Positions 40,460-57,539 of a DNA stretch of 64,000 nt are shown here, in pieces (position 1 is the first letter of the stretch; every line of letters starts with the position of its first letter). Under the pieces are notes generated by a model, which was given only the letters and a program-made list of their open reading frames with translations, had not been told where the DNA came from and did no database searches. The translations under genes were made by a program, and so were the position numbers. Source of the DNA: Octopus vulgaris (lineage: Eukaryota); the NCBI GenBank assembly GCA_951406725.2, contig OX597815.1, positions 66,340,001 through 66,404,000 on the forward strand, written 5' to 3'.

Positions 40460-40745
40460 TGTGTGTGTAACTGTATGTGGCTCTGTGTTTGCGCAAGCAT
40501 GTGCCTGTATGAGATGGTGTGTGTGCGTGCATAACTGTATGAGATTCTGTGTGAGCATGTGTGTGTATGCATATGTAACTGTATGAGACTGTGTGTTTGT
40601 GTGTGTGCATATGTACTTGTATGAGACTGTGTTTGTGTGTGTGCACGTAACTGTATGAGACTGTGTGTGTGCAAGCGTGCATACCTGTATGAGACTATGT
40701 GTTTATTTGTGTGTGCACATAACTGTATGAAACTGTGTGTGTGTG
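40460..40745. repeat. Degenerate ~35-bp minisatellite (gtgtgtgca..taactgtatgagactgt)
   Basis: About eight recurrences of 'ctgtatgaga'-like units. Confidence 0.8.
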
Positions 40746-41887
40746 AAACAATAACTGAAAGTGTATGTTATCTGTGTGTTTAACATACAGACTGCAGGTG
40801 TGTTTATATATGCATGAGTGTATGTATAAAACGAATAGATTGTGTGTATGTATACATAACAATAGTGTTAGAGTGTGTAGGAGATTATGCAATTGTCAGC
40901 TGGTATCTGCTGGTGTGTGGCTTAGAGGTTAGTGTATTTGGCTCACAATCGTGAGTTTGAAAACCAGTGGTGCATTGTTACACAGTACTCCTAAAGTTGA
41001 CTCAGCATGCAAAAGTGAGTTCTACATGTAATTCACAAGGGCCAGCCTTGTACTGAATAAGAACTTTGCTTTTCTATAGTGATGTATTTAGTCTCTTCTT
41101 TCTCTACATTGAGTAACAACAGGGTAAAAGTACTAAAACCTCCTCACCATACCTCATCTTATGGTCACAAATTTCAATGTTTTTTTTTTTATTTTCTTTT
41201 GGTTCAAACAGCATTGGTTAATTAAATACCATGTGAACATTTTAAACATTTCTAAAATGCATTTATAATGTTTTTGTTGATGCTGTATTACAAATTCTTT
41301 TTTGTACTCTTTGCTTTAAAATTATGGTTAGCTATTTGGAACTCTACCAACAAAAACAAACCTTTGTAGCTATGTTGTTTTCTTTTCTCATTTTCTTTTA
41401 CTTGTGTAAGATATTTTTCTTAGTCTGATGACTGTTGCTGTCCCATGTTTTCTTTTCTAAATACAATGAAACATTGCATCACAGGAAAATAGTTAATTCC
41501 ATTGCTATTAGCCTTCAGATTGAAGTGCTAAGTAAGAGATTGTATTTCTTCACTTTCACATTATGTACATCAACAATCAAATAGAATCCATGCAGAAAAT
41601 ACTGCCTGAAATACCTGCCAGAAACTACAATTCTAGATATATCAATGCAAGTATAAATGTCAGGAAGATTTGTTAGCATGCTTTTAGTTAGTCACACAGA
41701 TTTGGGCACATGTCATAGCCATTATTATAAGGTGGCAAAATGGAACTAGTTGAAAGCATGTATATGTATGTGTGTGCTTTCAACTAGTTCAGTATGATAT
41801 ATATTTATACATCAAATATAATTTAATATAAAATATATATACATGTATATTGAATTATACGTTTACATAATATGTATATGTACATAA

Positions 41888-41929
<42 letters not shown>

Positions 41930-42671
41930 GGTGCAGGTATGGTCGTGTGATTGTTAGACCTTCTCAACTATACATCCCTACCTACACCTATATATGTATA
42001 TCTTTATACATACTTAGACACACTCATACCACATGTGGAACACTTTTATATAAAAAAAACATTCACATATCCCAGCCTCTGGCTTAAAATGATAATATAA
42101 TAGAATAAAATTAAATATATGCAAATCTGAACATGTTGAGTGTTGTGGATGTAATGTACATTATGTAATATAATGAAATCGAATTAAAATAATTTTGATT
42201 AGTGAAAAAACTATTAAATAAATAAATTAGATATTAAAAAATATGTACTACATCTAATTGGCTTTAACTCAAGAACAGTAAAGTACATCTTATTACTTGT
42301 TGAACTGCTGAATGTGTTCAAGCAGTTGATTGTGACAATCATGGGTGTATATGCATATGTGTGTATATACATATATATTCATATAAATGCAAAAGGAGAT
42401 TTGTGTAAAAATTATTGTCATCATTGTTTTCATGTCCACTTTCCTGTATTGACATGTATCAGAAGGTACTCATTGAGACAGATTTTCTATAGTCAGATGC
42501 CCATCACATTGCCAGTCCTCACCTGCTTCCAAGTAAGGTAATATTTCCTCATGGCTAGACATGTTTACATGGATGACTGAGAATGAACAACAATGCTTGT
42601 TTGATTGATGCTGATTTAGAACTATCACTCAATGTCAAGACAAGGGGACACTAACACACTCACACATATAC

Positions 42672-42709
<38 letters not shown>

Positions 42710-42759
42710 AAAAAAGTCACAGTCAAAAATTGTGAAGCATGACTGTCAACACTACTACA

Positions 42760-42804
42760 TGAACCCGAAGATTGCAGAATTCAATGCATGAAAGTACTAG
42801 TTCA
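42760..42804 (+). ncRNA. Hammerhead-like motif (U4C variant) in a small repeat (~42705-42950) flanked by (TA)n
   Basis: UGAAC-CCGAAGA-U-UGCA(GAAUUCAA)UGCA-U-GAA-AGUACU-A-GUUCA: perfect 5-bp stem I and palindromic stem III. Confidence 0.65.
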
Positions 42805-42966
42805 ATCAGAATGAATATTTAACATTCTACTATTTCATTTTATTTTATTCAATTATAATATATTATCTTATAATATATCATTATAAGATTGTAAATAAAA
42901 CGTGAAAATCAGACAAGGTTGGAATTCTTTTTATTAATATATTCTTCTATACACAATCACACACAC

Positions 42967-43010
<44 letters not shown>

Positions 43011-44823
43011 TTGTCATCATTTATTGTCCATGTTCCTAATACATACATACACATGATAGGTTTTTTTCAGTTACTTTCTATCAAGTTCTTTCGCAAGGCT
43101 TTGGTCAGTCCAGAGCTATAGCAGACACTTAAGCAAGATACCACATAGTGGGATTGAACCTGAAACCATGTGGTTAGAATACTTCCAGATTTCATTTTGA
43201 AATGTAATTCACTTTGTCAATTTAGTCTTTAGAATAAATTACAAAAATGCTGCAGAAATTCTCATAAAATTACTTGATAGAAAATTGTTTGTAAATTTAC
43301 TCTTCTACTTGTTTCAGTCATTTGACTGCAAGCAAATCGACCCCAGGACTTATTCTATTGGTCTCTTTTGCCAAACTATGGGGTTCTTTCAGTTTCCATC
43401 TACCAAATCCACTCAAAAGGCTTTGGTTGACCTGAGGCCAAAGAAGACACTTGCCCAAGGTGTCACACAGTGGGAATGAACCCAGAACCATATTGTTGGT
43501 AAGCAAGCTACTTACCACACAGCCACTCCTGCACCTATACTTACCACACAACCACTCCTGTACCTAAATTGTTTAACTTTTTTCTGTTCAAGTTGATTAT
43601 TATAGCAATTATCATTCCAAACAGAAATTCCCTTTACAAATATTCTCTATAAAACTAACAGCCAGCTTAATCACAAATCTTTGAATTAAATTAATCATAC
43701 ATTATAGGAAAGAGAAATTTCTTTATTTTTCTTGGATAGCATCAATTTTATAACAATAAAAATAAACAGAATTCACTTCAAGTTATAAGGTGTTTGTATT
43801 TCTTCCTCTTGCAAATGGCTGCTTGCCATAGCTTACAGCTGGCATGGAATTTGTTGTTTATTACTCATATCTATAAAACTAGTATCATTCCAGGCAACCA
43901 ATAGATTCAACTTTCTACCAGCAAGATGTATTAATAATACAAGTTTTTTTCTTTTAGTTAGTTTATTTTTGTATTTATTTATTTATTTTATCCTTTCTTT
44001 CAAATCCTAGAAACAATGAGAGTCATTTTGGAAAAGAGAAACTTTATTTATTCGTGTTTTTTTTACACACACATACACACACAAACACACACACACACTC
44101 GTCTTCATTATATTTTTATTTAGCTGAATGTTTGCTCCTTTTCTTCATTACTATCAAAAGAAATGCCACTGATTTATTGCATTCTTAAATATGAAATTGT
44201 AAACAGTGTATTTCTTTTAAAACACACTGCCCTTGTTTCAATAAATTTTGAAAATAATGAAGAATTTACCAAATTTACTTTGTCGTTATTAAGCTGATTG
44301 CTTAGAAGTCAAATTAACATGAACTCTTGATGGAAAGTTTTGATTTAAATCTCTTAAAACTGCCTCTGGTTCTGTGGTACAAATAAGCTGTTTGGATTAT
44401 AGAACCAAAGGTTGTCTCAGGAAGGTCTACCATGAGCATCCATTGGTGGTGAGAGGGGGGAAACAGTAAGAGAAGGACTTCAGTTTCATTATTAAGAAAA
44501 CCACTTCAGTAACAAAATCATAGAGAAACACTCCTATTCCAAAACAAATTTGAAATTGTAGACAAAGTAAATTCCACTAACCCTAACCCAAAACTACAAA
44601 TTTTGATAAATAACAATAATTCTTTCTACTACAAGCACAAGGCCTGCAACCCCAGTCCTTATTTCATTGACCCCACAAAAGGATGAAAAGGCAAAGTTGA
44701 CCACAGTGGAATTTGAACTCGGAAGGTAGAGTCAGCAGAAATACTGTGAAGTATTTTTCCCAACACCTTAACAATTCTGCCAGCTTCCTGCCTTCAATAA
44801 TACTAATACTACTACTACTACTA

Positions 44824-44859
<36 letters not shown>

Positions 44860-44889
44860 TACTTTTAGTCTGCATGTTACAAAGTTACA

Positions 44890-45335
44890 ATCACTCACCG
44901 AGACACACCCAACATCCGAAGGTGAGTGAAGGATAAGAGACATTACAGTATGACTGAAAGCTTGGGGAGGGGAAGTGGTAGGGGCAGTAGCGAAATATTT
45001 TCATGTAATACAACATATACATTTAAATTGATAGGGTTTTTCTAAGGATATGGGCAGTACTTGTCAGCATGATCTTTTGGATTTTTCTAAAACCTGGTTC
45101 TCCTGGGATATTATCTAGATGTTTCTGACATCCCTTTCTTATATCTAGGGCACCCACAATAACAGGAACAGTTCTTGCTTTAAGATGCCACATCTTTTGT
45201 ATTTCAATTTCCAGGTCCCTTTATTTACTTAATTTGTCAAATTCCTTTACAGACTTTATTCATCTTCAAGTATTTTCTTCTCTGTCTCTAATGACTATGT
45301 CTGATCGATTAGCCTGGATTGTTCTGTCGGTGTTG
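44890..45335 (-). mobile_element. Restriction-like-endonuclease LINE (R4/Dong-like) 3' fragment
   Basis: Minus strand 'IQANRSDI' (NRPDI-like), 'LEIEIQKMWHL' and 'TVPVIVGAL'. Confidence 0.6.
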
Positions 45336-45337
45336 AT

Positions 45338-45682
45338 TAGTAAAGGTGGAGATATTGTTTTCAGTTGTGTTTGTCTGTGGACAAGATATCTCAAGAACCA
45401 CTGGATGGATTCGGATGAAACTTTCAGGAATGTTTGGCCTCATGACTGGCATGAACTGATTAGATTTTTGGGATCAATCCAGTACTGGACAAGGATTCTG
45501 GATTATTTTTCCGTTTTTTTTTTTTTTTTTTACTTAATTTTTGAGGGTGGTTGGGTTCATTTTTAGTATTCTCGTTTATGAGAACAGTCAAGTTTATTTC
45601 AGATATTCTCATTTTAAAAAAATCATCTCTGGTTAATCGTTGAGAGGAAATTGGTGTTGCTTTGACAGAGGTTTGTGCTCTT
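45338..45682 (+). mobile_element. Helentron-associated non-autonomous element (HINE-like)
   Basis: 'aaggtggagatattgttttcagttgtgtttgtctgt...gatatctcaagaaccactggatggattcggatgaaactttcagg...tttgacagaggtttgtgctct' is a typical layout. Confidence 0.55.
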
Positions 45683-46514
45683 GTTATTGTTGTCGTTATT
45701 ATTATTATTATTATTATTATTATTTTTCACTTATACTTATTTCATGTCTCAGCTCCTCTGTACCATGTTGTCCATACACACTAATGTTACACATCTAATG
45801 GAATGTGCTTACTCCTTTTCTCTGTAACCTTCATACTTCCTCTGCTTTAGGATCATGTTAAGAATCTATGAAGTACTCAACTACCTTCACTGTGATTGAA
45901 TCAGTAGGTAGTTCAGTTGATCAAACAAGCTTAGCATTCATCATTGAATTCCATAAAAATCTGTGTACATATGTGTGAGTGTGTGTATGTGTGTACATCT
46001 GTTTATATGTATGTGTGTACAATGTATGCTTATCTGTTTATATGTATGTGTGTACAATGTATGCTTATCTGTTTATATGTATGTGTGTGGGTTTTGTGTC
46101 AGTAATGTGATGTACTAAGTATGGTTTGAGCCTTCTATTGAGAAATATATATATTAACAGTTAAACAGGAATCTCTGAAAGGTGTGGTATATTCTGGAAC
46201 TAATGTAGTAGAAATTCTGAATGAGTTATTAAATTTCTGTTTCAATAAAAGCACTTGGTAACATTTAATACTGACTCGGTCATTACATTTGATTTAACAT
46301 AAATAATACTTCTTAAGACTTGCTGTTTAAACTTTAGTGCTCCTCATTAATAGTGATGAGGAGTTCTAACATAGCTACAAGGTAAACAGATAGAATCATA
46401 AAAATAGTAAACAAAATGCCTTACAGTATTTGTTCTGACTCTTTATATTCTGAATTCTAATCCTGCTATGGATGACTTGACATCTTTTCCTTCTCAGGTT
46501 GATAAAATACTGTT

Positions 46515-48260
46515 TTCAGCAGCCAAAGCCCATGTTTCACTGCCATGTAGCATGGCTGGTCACATACATGCATCGTATAGTCTACCTTTCACTCTGAGCA
46601 AGAGGCCTTTTGTTACCAGCAGAAGTAAGAGCTCTCTGAGATTTGCCCAGGCTATTCTTATTCTAGCAGCCACACTCTCAGAGCAGCCACCCCCCCACTA
46701 CTGACTTGGTTATCTAGGTAACAAAAGCTATCAACTACTTCTAGTTCTTCCCCCTGTCATGTGATAGAATCTGTTTCCAGTACATCTTCAGTGTTTATTG
46801 CCCCTGTGCATCTGCCACACGCAAAAACTATCTTTCCAGTTAACCTTCCTTTGATATTGCTGCGCCTTTTATATGTCCATAGCTTACACCAGGTACATCT
46901 GCTACAGATTGAGCAGGGCCATCTATCCAAAAGGATTTGTGATTTGTCTGCCTTCCTACTTACTATGACTTTGGATTTTGCTAGATTGACTCTAAGACCC
47001 TTCCATTCTAGACCTTGCTTCCATACCTGAAACTTCCCTAGTTCTGGTAGTGACTCAGCTATTAGAACAAGCTCATCGACATAGAGGAGCTCCCAAGGGT
47101 ATCCTGTCTTGAATTCCTCAGTTATTGCCTGGAGGACTGTGATGAATAAGAGGGGGCTGAGGACTGATCTTCGGTGAACCCTACTTCTACCCAGAATTCT
47201 TCACTATACTCATTGCCAACCCTCACCTTACTGACAGCATCCTTGTGCATGGCTTATACAGCTCTTGCCAAACACTCATCTATCCCTAGTTTCCACATTG
47301 ACCACCAGATAAGGAATGGGGGACCATGTCAATGAAAGCCAAGTACAGAGGTTTATCTTTGGCTATGAATTTTTCCTACAGCTGTCTTTCCAGAAATATA
47401 GCATCAGTGGTGCTTTTCCCTGGCATGAACCCAAAATGTATCTTGTCTAAACTGACTCTCTCCCTAATTAGTTGGGCTGACTCTCTCCGTGACTTTCATC
47501 ACCTGGTCCAACAATTTGATACCTCTGTAATTATTCCTATCTAATGCACCACCTTCACAGCAGTTGACTATGGTGCTGCTACACCAGTCATTGGGTATAT
47601 CTACTTCATGTATCACCTGGTTGACTATACAGGTGACTAGAATATAGCCTACATCGCCAGATATTTTAAGCATCTCTGCAATGATTCCTGATGGGCCCGG
47701 GACTTTCCCTATCTTCATACCCTTAATTGCTTTATCTACCAAGGTACTGTCAATTGTGTTGGGTAAGCATCACGATTCTCTCTTACACACTGTCTTGCAA
47801 TACAAAACACTACAAGTCTCTGGTCCTCATGATGCAGAATATTGCCAAATTTTTTCTTATCTGCTTTCCCTCTGGTTAAGTAAGCCTGTCTCCTAGCTTC
47901 CCTTCTGGCAATCTGATACAGTTCCCTATTACCACCGTAATTCCAGTCCTTCCATGCCTGATTCTTTTCCCTAATGACCCTCCCTGTCAACTATGTTGTT
48001 CCACCACCACATTACCTCAGGTCAAAAGTGGACTTTACACCAGCCACAGGAACCTCCAGTTTTTCTCCACATTATGTAATGCTATATCTAGCTCCTCCTT
48101 TTCATCAAAAGCTTCAAGTAACCCATCTCTAAATCTCTGTCCACTCAGAGAATCCTTACACTTCCAGACCCTTCTTTTCCATGCTGGTCATCTTTGGGCA
48201 GCCATTTAGCCATGATCCTGAAGTCGCTAACTACTGACCTATGTTGTGGGGTGCCTTCTT
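46515..48260 (-). mobile_element. RTE-clade LINE fragment (EN-RT region), decayed
   Basis: 'AIKGMKIGKVPGPSGIIAEMLK', 'NYRGIKLLDQVMKVTERV', 'LSPLLFI' and 'LLYVDELVL', with many frameshifts. Confidence 0.9.
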
Positions 48261-48726
48261 CACCTAGCCTGAATAGGAAACTGGAATGGAACACTAGCAC
48301 ACACCACGACATATGACAGAAGAGGATCCCCATAAACTGGTTACAATATAAACAAAACTGAAAACATAATAAAATAAAATACACAGATAAATAAACAAAT
48401 GGAAGTAAATAACTATATACATTTTTTTTTTATTATTACTATTATTGTTGTTTACATACATACATACATACATACATAGATAATGATAATAATAATAATA
48501 ATAATAAGTGGGTGTAAACACATGAACAAAATAAAAAAAAACAAAAACAAATTACATGAACATATATAAACAGGAGATACAAATATTACAGGCATTTCCC
48601 CACACACACTAACTAAACATAGACGCACATAGAGATATATGCACGCGCATATGAAGACACAATAGAAATACAAAATGGCTGACGGTTAGTAAGGAGAGAC
48701 ACACAAATAAGAAAGAAGAAAGTAAA

Positions 48727-48771
48727 GGACCACTGATGCGGTCACAGGAGTGTGACGAAAGAACTATGGCC
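48727..48771 (+). ncRNA. Hammerhead-like motif (A9C variant) in an unclassified repeat (~48290-48945)
   Basis: GGACCA-CUGAUGC-G-GUCACA-GGAG-UGUGAC-GAA-AGAACU-A-UGGCC: perfect 6-bp stem II and CCA/UGG stem I. Confidence 0.6.
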
Positions 48772-48947
48772 GAAATAAGATTAAGTTTAATGTAAAAAAT
48801 AAATAATGCTGAAGCAAAGTAACACCAAATATATAGTGCGCATGTTTTTATTGGCTAAACTGGCAAAATAACCATTCCTAAATACAACAATATCTGTTTC
48901 AACACACGATTCCACAGCAAAAAATCTTGCAAAACAAATATATAAAC

Positions 48948-48993
<46 letters not shown>

Positions 48994-49604
48994 ATAACGT
49001 CGCAAGAAATTTGAAAAGCTAAACGCGAAACCGGTCTTTCTTCAAAACTATGTCATTATAAGAAAAAAAATTTTTAATATTCTTCAGACATATTGATGCA
49101 AATATATATATTTTTAACCTTTAAGCCTTCTGTAGTTTTTTTCACTTTTTACTATTTTCTATATATTCAACCACGTGCTTTCACAAACCAACTTTCTTAT
49201 CTATCTATCTATATATATATATATCAACTATATCTATTATTTATATGATGTAATTTTCCTTGAAGTCTAATTTTTTTAGCCTTTGGGACAGGGGTCAATA
49301 ACCTGTTTGTACAATTTATATCATTGTAAAAAATTACTAGTTTTCGTCTTTTCTTTTTTTGTTTGTGTATTAAGCACCATTCTGCAATGAACCATGAAGA
49401 CTATCATATTATAGGCTTCCATCTTAAACATGCCGCATTTTCTCCTGCAATCTTATGCGTCATCAAACACAAAAAGAAAAACATACATATTTAAATGAGG
49501 TTCATAAAAAGACAGGGATACAAAAAAAGAAATCAATTATATTTGACACTAATGCTTTTCATCTGAATCATTCTCTACTCATTTCTCATATTTCCTTCAT
49601 TTTT

Positions 49605-49620
49605 TCATTATTATTAGTAC

Positions 49621-49669
<49 letters not shown>

Positions 49670-49681
49670 ATTATTATCATA

Positions 49682-49726
<45 letters not shown>

Positions 49727-49727
49727 T
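49605..49727. repeat. (ATT)n microsatellite
   Basis: Visible directly; others lie at ~21340-21380, ~44800-44858 and ~45697-45722. Confidence 0.95.
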
Positions 49728-49971
49728 AATCATATTTCACAATTCCAGAACTGTTATAGTTGAATGTTGCAGTATTCAATTATCATGTAACTTGATGTTT
49801 AACACTATTTTTACACAATTTGTCCATACCACATCGATACACACACATACATATTTGCAAGCACACAAACATGCACATGCCTAAGTACATGCATATATTT
49901 CTAAATAAATATTTATTCTAATAAGCTGAATTAATTGCTTAAAGTTTTAAAGCTTTAATATACATATATAT

Positions 49972-50132
49972 AGGCGCAGGAGTGTCTGTGTGGTAAGTAG
50001 CTTGTTTACCAACCACATGGTTCCGGGTACAGTCCCAATGCGTAGCACCTTGGCCAAGTGTCTTCTACTATAGCCTCTGGCCGACCAAAGCCTTGTGAAT
50101 GGATTTGGTAGACAGAAACTGAAAGAAGCCCG

Positions 50133-50173
<41 letters not shown>

Positions 50174-50387
50174 TGTGTGTGTGTCTGTGTTTGTCCCCCT
50201 AGCATTGCTTGACAACCGATACTGGTGTGTTTATGTCCCCGTTACTTAGCGGTTCGGCAAAAGAGACCGATAGAATAAGTACTGGGCTTACAAAAAGAAT
50301 AAGTCCTGGGGTCGAGTTGCTCGATTAAAAGGCGGTGCTCCAGCATGACCGCGGTCAGATGACTGAAACAAGTAAAAGAGTAAAGAG
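49972..50387 (+). mobile_element. Full-length, relatively young tRNA-derived SINE
   Basis: Head ggcgcaggagtg.ctgtgtggtaag, central 'gcaccttgg.caagtgtcttctactatagcc', internal (TA)/(TG), tail 'tgactgaaacaagtaaaagagtaaagag'. More copies at ~39375-39535(-), ~43295-43565(-) and 59183-59545(+). Confidence 0.88.
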
Positions 50388-50485
50388 TATATATATATGC
50401 ACACATAAACACACATACATACATACATACATACATATGTGTATATATATATATATATATGCACACACACATACATATATATATA

Positions 50486-50699
50486 TAACGGGAAGCTTTA
50501 TGAAAATAAACAAAAGACGAAGGCAGGTGGAAAACAAACGAACAATTGTATTAGTATGGCGCTCAGGAAATATAAATAAAACAAGTCTTTAACGTTTCGA
50601 GCCTACGCTCTTCAACAGAAAGATACACAGAGAGAGAAAAACACAGAAAGAAGGAGAGAAAGAAAATGCGTGCAGTAGCTAACGAATCAACATGGCGAT
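50486..50699 (-). mobile_element. ~213-bp HHR-like-bearing repeat, copy 1
   Basis: Near-identical to 52054-52266. Minus strand 50586-50623 reads UCUUU-CUGUUGA-A-GAGC-GUAG-GCUC-GAA-ACGU-U-AAAGA. Confidence 0.8.
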
Positions 50700-50724
50700 A
50701 CATATATACATACATACACATATA

Positions 50725-51222
50725 TATGGTGGCTGCCCCCCCCCCCCGTTATTGCCATTGCACGAAGCTTAATCAATGTTGTTATCGGGCAATGCCTGTG
50801 CAAGAAGACTTTTTTTAAAGTGAGGAAAGGCTGTGCACTGAGACAATCCCACTCACTAAGCAACAGCAGCCATAATCCGAAAAGAAGAACAAGTCAAGAT
50901 CATAGGTAACGACTGAGCCGCAGGTTTTATGTTGGAGTTATCCCAGTTACCTGAGCTACCTTCTAGAAGGATGCCCTAACAAAGGCTAGGAGTCCTTCAC
51001 TCCCAATGGTTTAACCGCGCGATTGGTTATTCAGTCCAATTATTTCTATGTCCCCGCGCATGATACAGCCTTAAGACATTTATTGGATGACCGTTGACTT
51101 TCAAGAGTTCCTCCGCCCTTTGACGGGTTTTGTTTTTCATCCCGCAGGGTGTCCAATAAACACCCTCCTCACCAAGCAAGCTTGGTAGGGTTGCCAGTTT
51201 AGTTGCCGACGACCCAACCATG

Positions 51223-51223
<1 letters not shown>
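50725..51223. repeat. Unclassified GC-richer insert, probably retroelement UTR-derived
   Basis: CpG-retaining block sharply bounded by (TA)n on both sides, with no recognisable ORF. Confidence 0.4.
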
Positions 51224-51283
<60 letters not shown>

Positions 51284-51423
51284 CATATATATATATACAT
51301 ATATATATATATACATATACATATACATATATATATATATATATATATACATATATATATACATATATATATACATATATATATATATACATATACATAT
51401 ATATATATATATATACATACATA

Positions 51424-51473
<50 letters not shown>

Positions 51474-51487
51474 CATATATATATATA

Positions 51488-51750
51488 TCCTTAAATCCTT
51501 AAATCCTTAAAAATGTTTTAGCCCGAAGGCCGCGGCCATGCTGGGGCACCACCGCTGAATGAGCCACACTAGTTTGTGAATCCACCTCTGATACGTGGCA
51601 CTTGATCAACAAGGGAGTTCGATGCTGCTGCCCGCATCCGTGTCTCCTGTCGTGAGGTAGGTTCATCTGGGACTCCCAACAAGAAGAGATCCAGTTTAGT
51701 TTTAAAGAAACCCACATCCACACCATGTAAGTCTCTCAGGCATTTAGGGA

Positions 51751-51752
<2 letters not shown>
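51488..51752 (-). mobile_element. CR1-clade LINE extreme 3' end with a (TAAGGATT)n tail
   Basis: '[31 protein letters not shown]', then the UTR and three 8-bp tail repeats. Confidence 0.8.
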
Positions 51753-51796
<44 letters not shown>

Positions 51797-51868
51797 GTAT
51801 ATACATATATATATATTTATATACATATATATATACATATATATATATTTATATACATATATATATAC

Positions 51869-51991
<123 letters not shown>

Positions 51992-51998
51992 TACATAT

Positions 51999-52031
<33 letters not shown>

Positions 52032-52053
52032 TATATACATATATATATATATA

Positions 52054-52266
52054 TAACGGGAAGCTTTATGAAAATAAACAAAAGACGAAGGCAGGTGGAA
52101 AACAAACGAACAATTGTATTAGTATGGCGCTCAGGAAATATAAATAAAACAAGTCTTTAACGTTTCGAGCCTACGCTCTTCAACAGAAAGATACACAGAG
52201 AGAGAAAAACACAGAAAGAAGGAGAGAAAAAAATGCGTGCAGTAGCTAACGAATCAACATGGCGAT
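52054..52266 (-). mobile_element. ~213-bp HHR-like-bearing repeat, copy 2
   Basis: Direct repeat of 50486-50699, with the HHR-like motif at 52154-52191. Confidence 0.8.
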
Positions 52267-56240
<3,974 letters not shown>

Positions 56241-57539
56241 TAATTTATTCTTTTTACACGTCTTCATGACTTTAATTTCTTATAAATGCTAAGGCCTACG
56301 TTTTTACATTTAAAATTCAGTTATAAAATGTTCTTCGATAAGATAAGTAACGTACTTATATAACAATATTATTTAATTTTTTAATTGAATTGTGTTTGAT
56401 TATTATTGTTAAAATATTAGTTTATATATTGTTTGTTGATAATTATTAGTTACGTTGCTCTTTTACTCTTTTACTTGTTTCAGTCATTTGACTGCGGCCA
56501 TGCTGGAGCATTTAATTATTATTTTTATTATTATTATACTGTGAATTAACGTATTACATATAATTTACTTTGTGAAATAGTTTTGTAAGACTTTTGTAAG
56601 GAGTTTTATTTGTTACATTTAAGTTAATACTTTTAATATTAATTGATATTTTGGTTAATTCTATTAGTGAGTGTAATATTAAATCTATATATACTATATA
56701 TAAATTAATAAAATAGTAAGTTTAAATAATAGGTGTGTGTATATTTGCACCATTTTTTATTTTTTATTTTTGTAGTAGCATTATGTATATTAGTTAGCAT
56801 GAAGTTTTTTTTTAGTATATATTACTTAATTAGAATAAGATTTAACTTAGATGTTTATTAAATAAATAAATAATTTAATTTAATGTATATAGATTAAATT
56901 ATAGTATTTTAGTTTTCACTTATTGTATATTTTGTATTTTATATATATATATTTATTTTGTTTTAAATATTTTGTTTGTTTTAATTACTTGTATTTGAAT
57001 ATTCTAGTAATGATATATCAGTTTGTTATTTTTTTCTTATATAAGTTAAAATTTATTTTCATAGATATAATAAATATTTATATCTATTTATTCTAGTTTT
57101 ATTTATACTATGTTTTTAACAAGAAAAAATTTACAAATAATAAGTCCTATGTGTTAAGTTTAAAGATTTAGTTAACAGAATATATTTAAAATATTTTGTG
57201 TTTGTATTTTATGATATATTATTGAATTTTGTTCGATTTTTATTGTAAAATTACGTATTTTTATATATATTTATATTTTCTTACCAGATTATATATGTAT
57301 ATTTATTTATTTAATTATTTCATTGTTTTTTATCTTGGACCTGAAGAGTGACTATATTTAGCGATTATATACTTATTATTTATTATTTTGTACTTTACTT
57401 AATTATTGGTATATGTTTTATCGCATTTAAAATTTTTTTCTATATGGTATAATTTAATTATATCATTGTTATTTCATTGTTGAATTGATAAAAGGTGGTT
57501 CTTCTCTAATTTATACATATATTATATATATATAGAAAT

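Noticed and set aside
40460-40745. Regularly spaced repeats resembling a CRISPR array
   Set aside because: Degenerate TG-rich minisatellite with no unique spacers and no cas genes, in a eukaryotic intron.
50725-51223. Possible HDV-like ribozyme in a LINE 5' UTR-like block
   Set aside because: I could not build the nested double pseudoknot by eye; an RNArobo or Infernal search would be needed.
57338-57360. CTGAAGA as a hammerhead core (similar lone CTGATGA at ~13303, ~23270 and ~41426)
   Set aside because: No downstream stem II plus GAAA and no pairing stem I could be found.
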